Origin: Psammoneis japonica
Lineage: Eukaryota
Length of the DNA: 64,000 nucleotides
Assembly: GCA_008632985.1 (NCBI GenBank)
Contig: QPGO01000024.1
Location: 1 to 64,000, forward strand
Reading direction: 5' to 3'
The notes beneath the pieces are model-generated. The model made no database searches. It was given only the letters and a program-made list of their open reading frames with translations, and had not been told where the DNA came from. The first letter of the stretch is position 1, and every line of letters begins with the position of its first letter. Below are positions 60,501-64,000 of this stretch, one piece after another. A program made the position numbers and the translations under genes.

Positions 60501-63500
60501 TTTTGGATGATGACTGCGACCAAAATCCAGTGCAAAAATCACCCAGATGACAGGGATTCAAATGGCAACCCTGTTGCAACACAGCAGTGCACGCAGCCAC
60601 GAAACAGTGTGGCTGTGAAAATGCAACTCCCCAGGCACAGAAAAGGGAAACGGCAGCAAGGAAGGACAGGGAGTGCATCTGAGCTGACTCATCGACAATG
60701 TTGATGGACAACAGCAAATGACCAAATGGAATCAAGGTTGCACTTCATCTTTAGAATGTCAAAGCTGGGGATGCAATCATCAATCAACACACTGCTTCTT
60801 GTGTGTTCCAAGCCAACAGATTTGCAGGACTCTGGCAATGAGCTGCAAACAGACCAGACCTTGTCAACACAGGGTGAATGAATGGTTTTGAACAAAAATC
60901 AAAACGCCGTCGATTTGACCAAGATCAAGAAGATGCGGGTTGAATTCAAACCACGTGATCGCTTGCCCGATGCACATCATCACCTGAATGACCTTTGTTC
61001 TGACATGATGCCTGCTCCTGAAGATCTTCTGGACGGATTTGCTCCTCAAGGCCTCAAGAGTGACGCAGCCAGTGTCCTTCGTCATGAGATTGTTCACAAT
61101 CTTGTCATCCCTAAAGCTGCTCTGACCAAGATCTTGCACGAATCGGGCCGATCATTGAAAAGGCTCCTCTCCATGTGGCCACCCCTCAAGGATCCCCAGT
61201 TCGTCTGAGCCTCAGTGGTCTTCAGGACGCTGTGACCAAAGCAATCACAGAGAACGACAATGCCATGAAGGTGCGTGTTGGCACTTCATGTTTCCATTTC
61301 TGTCCTGGTTTCCAGCATTGTGATTGCTGGGATGACACCTCAGATGACCCGCATCCAATCCCACCGTCTGCTTCAAGTTCTGCATCCCCACCGGTTCCTG
61401 CTTCAGGTCCCACTCCTGAAGACTTTGCCAAGGCCTTAGCAACTCATTTGCCTGGTCCAAACGAGCATGGGCAAGCTGTGACTTCTGGGTTGAAGAGCAT
61501 TTCGAGTTCTCATGCATGTGCTGAGTCCAAGTTGTGCCCAGATCCCGCCTCTGCTGCCAGTGGCTGCAACACTGCTGTTGCATCTCGTGTTGAAGATGCA
61601 CTCACTGCACATGCTCGGATGGATCCTGCAGATGCCAATTCCTTGACTGTCAAGTCTGCTGTGTCTGTTGTGGAATCTGCGGGTGAGCAATCTACAGACA
61701 TTGATGCGGGATCCCTTGCAATCCCTGCCGAATCGGCGGTGCTTCCTGCCAAAGTCCGCTCTTGCCTGCTCGAGACCCCAAAGTTTTTTGTTTCTGGCCA
61801 CTCCATTGTTCCACACAAAGATGGCCACACTCACCCCAGTTGTGGACTGTCCTCCATTGTCAAGGTTGCACCCAAGTTGCTTGCCACCTGTGCGCCGCTG
61901 TCGTCTGTTGCTCATGGACGCCGCCAGTGCTTTGTTGGTTGTCAAGTTGATTCGAGTTCGGATTTTTGGTTCGGCCGTGGTCAACTTTGGACATGCGATG
62001 CTGCCATTCCTTCTCTCATCCGATCAAGACCAACGGAAGCGGGGTGACCCTGAAAGAGGGCCACCGAGTCTCGTCACCTCCCGCCATTTCATCTCTTTCC
62101 TCTGTTGTCAGGACCGTTGTCGCGTCTGTTTGTGCTTTTCACGGTGCTCCGGACCCATCCACCATTGCCGATGATGATCCCACATTTTTTGATCAGGGGA
62201 GGGATCACTGCAGCGCAGAGGAAACATGTCAGGCCATTGAGAACTCAATCTTCCGCCAAGACACCTTGCTTGACGATCACTTTTTGAACGCTGTGCGATG
62301 CTCACCTCCAATGCATCACTGTTCTTCCAACGTTGAGCAGCTTTATGATGCACCCCCATTTCTCCAACATGTTTTTCAAGGGCGACACAAAGTGTGGCAG
62401 AAGCACAGGTTTTGCCAGGTGGGATGCCATTGCTTCATTTTCAACGCATCACTCGCCATGGTGGATTTCCAATTTTTGGCCCCATCTCTTCCGATGATTT
62501 TTGGCGACAGGATGACTTGCCAGAATGTCCCGTTGCGGTTGATTGTTTGTGGATTGACAAAATTGTCCTTTGGTGCACGACTCAATTTGTCCAAAAGACT
62601 CATTGGGAACTGCCTTTGATGTTTTTTGTCGAAGACCGATGCACTGACTGTGGGTTGGATGCTTCATTCCCGCTGCGCCCGCCGTTTGATGGGACACTGC
62701 CGTTGATTGTTGTCGGGTTTGTGGATCCAGTCTTGGTGTGTTTTCTCTTGTTTGTTTTGTTCTTTGCCATTCTGGTCCTCTCTTTTTATTCGGATCGTCT
62801 CTTTCTTTCTTGTTGAGCATTGCATTGCTCATCAGGGGAGGATGACAGACATCCAAGATGGGGAGCGCACTCCCTTGTGTCGGACAGACTGGCACAGACA
62901 GCATGGAGAGATCCGATCATCTCTCTCTGCTCACTTTCTTTCTCATCTAGCACACGATTGTCATCTGTCCCAGATGTCCGTTAGATTGTCCCGACACCGC
63001 CAGTCCGCAAGCATTGCACAAAAAATTGGTGCATCAGATGAAAAGAGAAGAGGGAACTTGTTTGGGGACTCCATGTGGAGAACACAAAGGAGGGAAGCCC
63101 TCTGGGGAACATTGGGTGAATGTGTCTGCTTTGAGGGGACAAAGGCAAATTTAGTCAGGTGGACGTCAATTGAAATTGTCTGGGGTTCCGGGGTCATGCG
63201 GGCCGTGCTGGAATCATGAGGGGTGTGTGTGAAAACAATGAAAGCTGGCTAAATTAAATGAGCTTGACACCTCATTTGAGGAACCAAAACCCTGTGGAAC
63301 AATTTGACCCCCTCATTGAACCCGCCTCTGATGAGGGCTGGAACGCATCAAGCGGTGCTGAGCCGCAGAGATGCGTTGACAGCGCCACTTTGATTTTGAG
63401 TTTTCTTTCCTTTTTACAGCACAAACTCAGACTTCAACACAGCGGGTGTTGAAAATCTGGCAAATGGTGAGTTGATGCATCATCTGCACAACATGGCACC

Positions 63501-63720
63501 ATCACACGAACGGGTGCAATGGCGCGGCGTGTCAGCACAAAACTCGGCTCGCTGCCGTTCGCTGACAGCCCCTTTGCAGCCCCAAATGAAAGGTGGCACA
63601 ATCAGCCTGCTCTTGCAACGGGACTCGAAACAACGAATGTTTAGACACCTTGTCTGCCGCGTCAATGTCTTCGTCGGCTCCGTCGGTTTTTTTGACCAGT
63701 TTGGCGTGTACGTGCGTGTG
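60500..63720. mobile_element. TpA-depleted repeat DNA with degenerate ORFs; probably the rest of the same large DNA transposon
   Basis: Protein-like but broken frames at 60882-62047 (+) with no Tyr; TpA nearly absent while CpG is largely retained. Confidence 0.5.
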
Positions 63721-64000
63721 CCGGTGTGCGTGTTGTCACCGCGGTGATGGTCTGTACGCTCATCCGGAGCGCGCCCGCCCGCATTTGCTTGAGTTAAAAT
63801 AATTTTAACTCAGAGCCAAAATTTATAAATCAGAGCCAATCAAAACGCTCAGATTCTCCGTTCAAGAGTTCTTGCGATATTTTTATTTAAAGGAAGAATT
63901 CTCCGATCTATCGACCGCTTACTTGTTGGGAGGCCCACTGATGGCTGAAGGTGAAGGTGCCATGGTGACCATGGTGTCAAACCCCACCGCCCGCCGCTCA

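Noticed and set aside
4172..63802. Numerous 60-290 aa Cys/His-rich ORFs in the repeat blocks as metal-binding proteins or evidence of an alternative genetic code
   Set aside because: They overlap in all six frames and follow from TG/CA excess and loss of TAA/TAG. Neighbouring host genes use the standard code normally.

Overview
Eukaryotic, gene-dense sequence with short GT-AG introns. The gene and transposon content is most consistent with a diatom or related stramenopile (inference). About 17 host genes are present: C2-domain protein, EGF-repeat membrane protein, TGS1, ST7/TPR-like protein, GLDH, CENP-H-like protein, DUF1769-PH-DUF547 protein, HSPA13-like Hsp70, tRNA-splicing endonuclease subunit, monoacylglycerol lipase, mitochondrial Rieske protein, YiiD-like thioesterase, NBAS/Sec39, NAD/folate-type mitochondrial carrier, SCI1-like protein and two orphans. 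Several carry single-base frameshifts, mostly at homopolymers, that look like assembly errors. Three blocks of repeat/transposon DNA are interleaved (~4.1-5.7 kb, ~16.6-29.75 kb, ~50.45-63.7 kb). They include a Ty3/gypsy element with both LTRs, a Copia-like gag fragment, an RLE-type LINE and a Plavaka-like DNA transposon. The standout signal is that these blocks have lost almost all TpA dinucleotides, converted to CpA or TpG. CpG is lost too in the older parts, but independently. Tandem-repeat copies show TA, CA and TG at the same site, and conserved Tyr codons of the transposon enzymes read as Cys or His. This looks like a repeat-targeted A:T->G:C hypermutation system, opposite in direction to fungal RIP.
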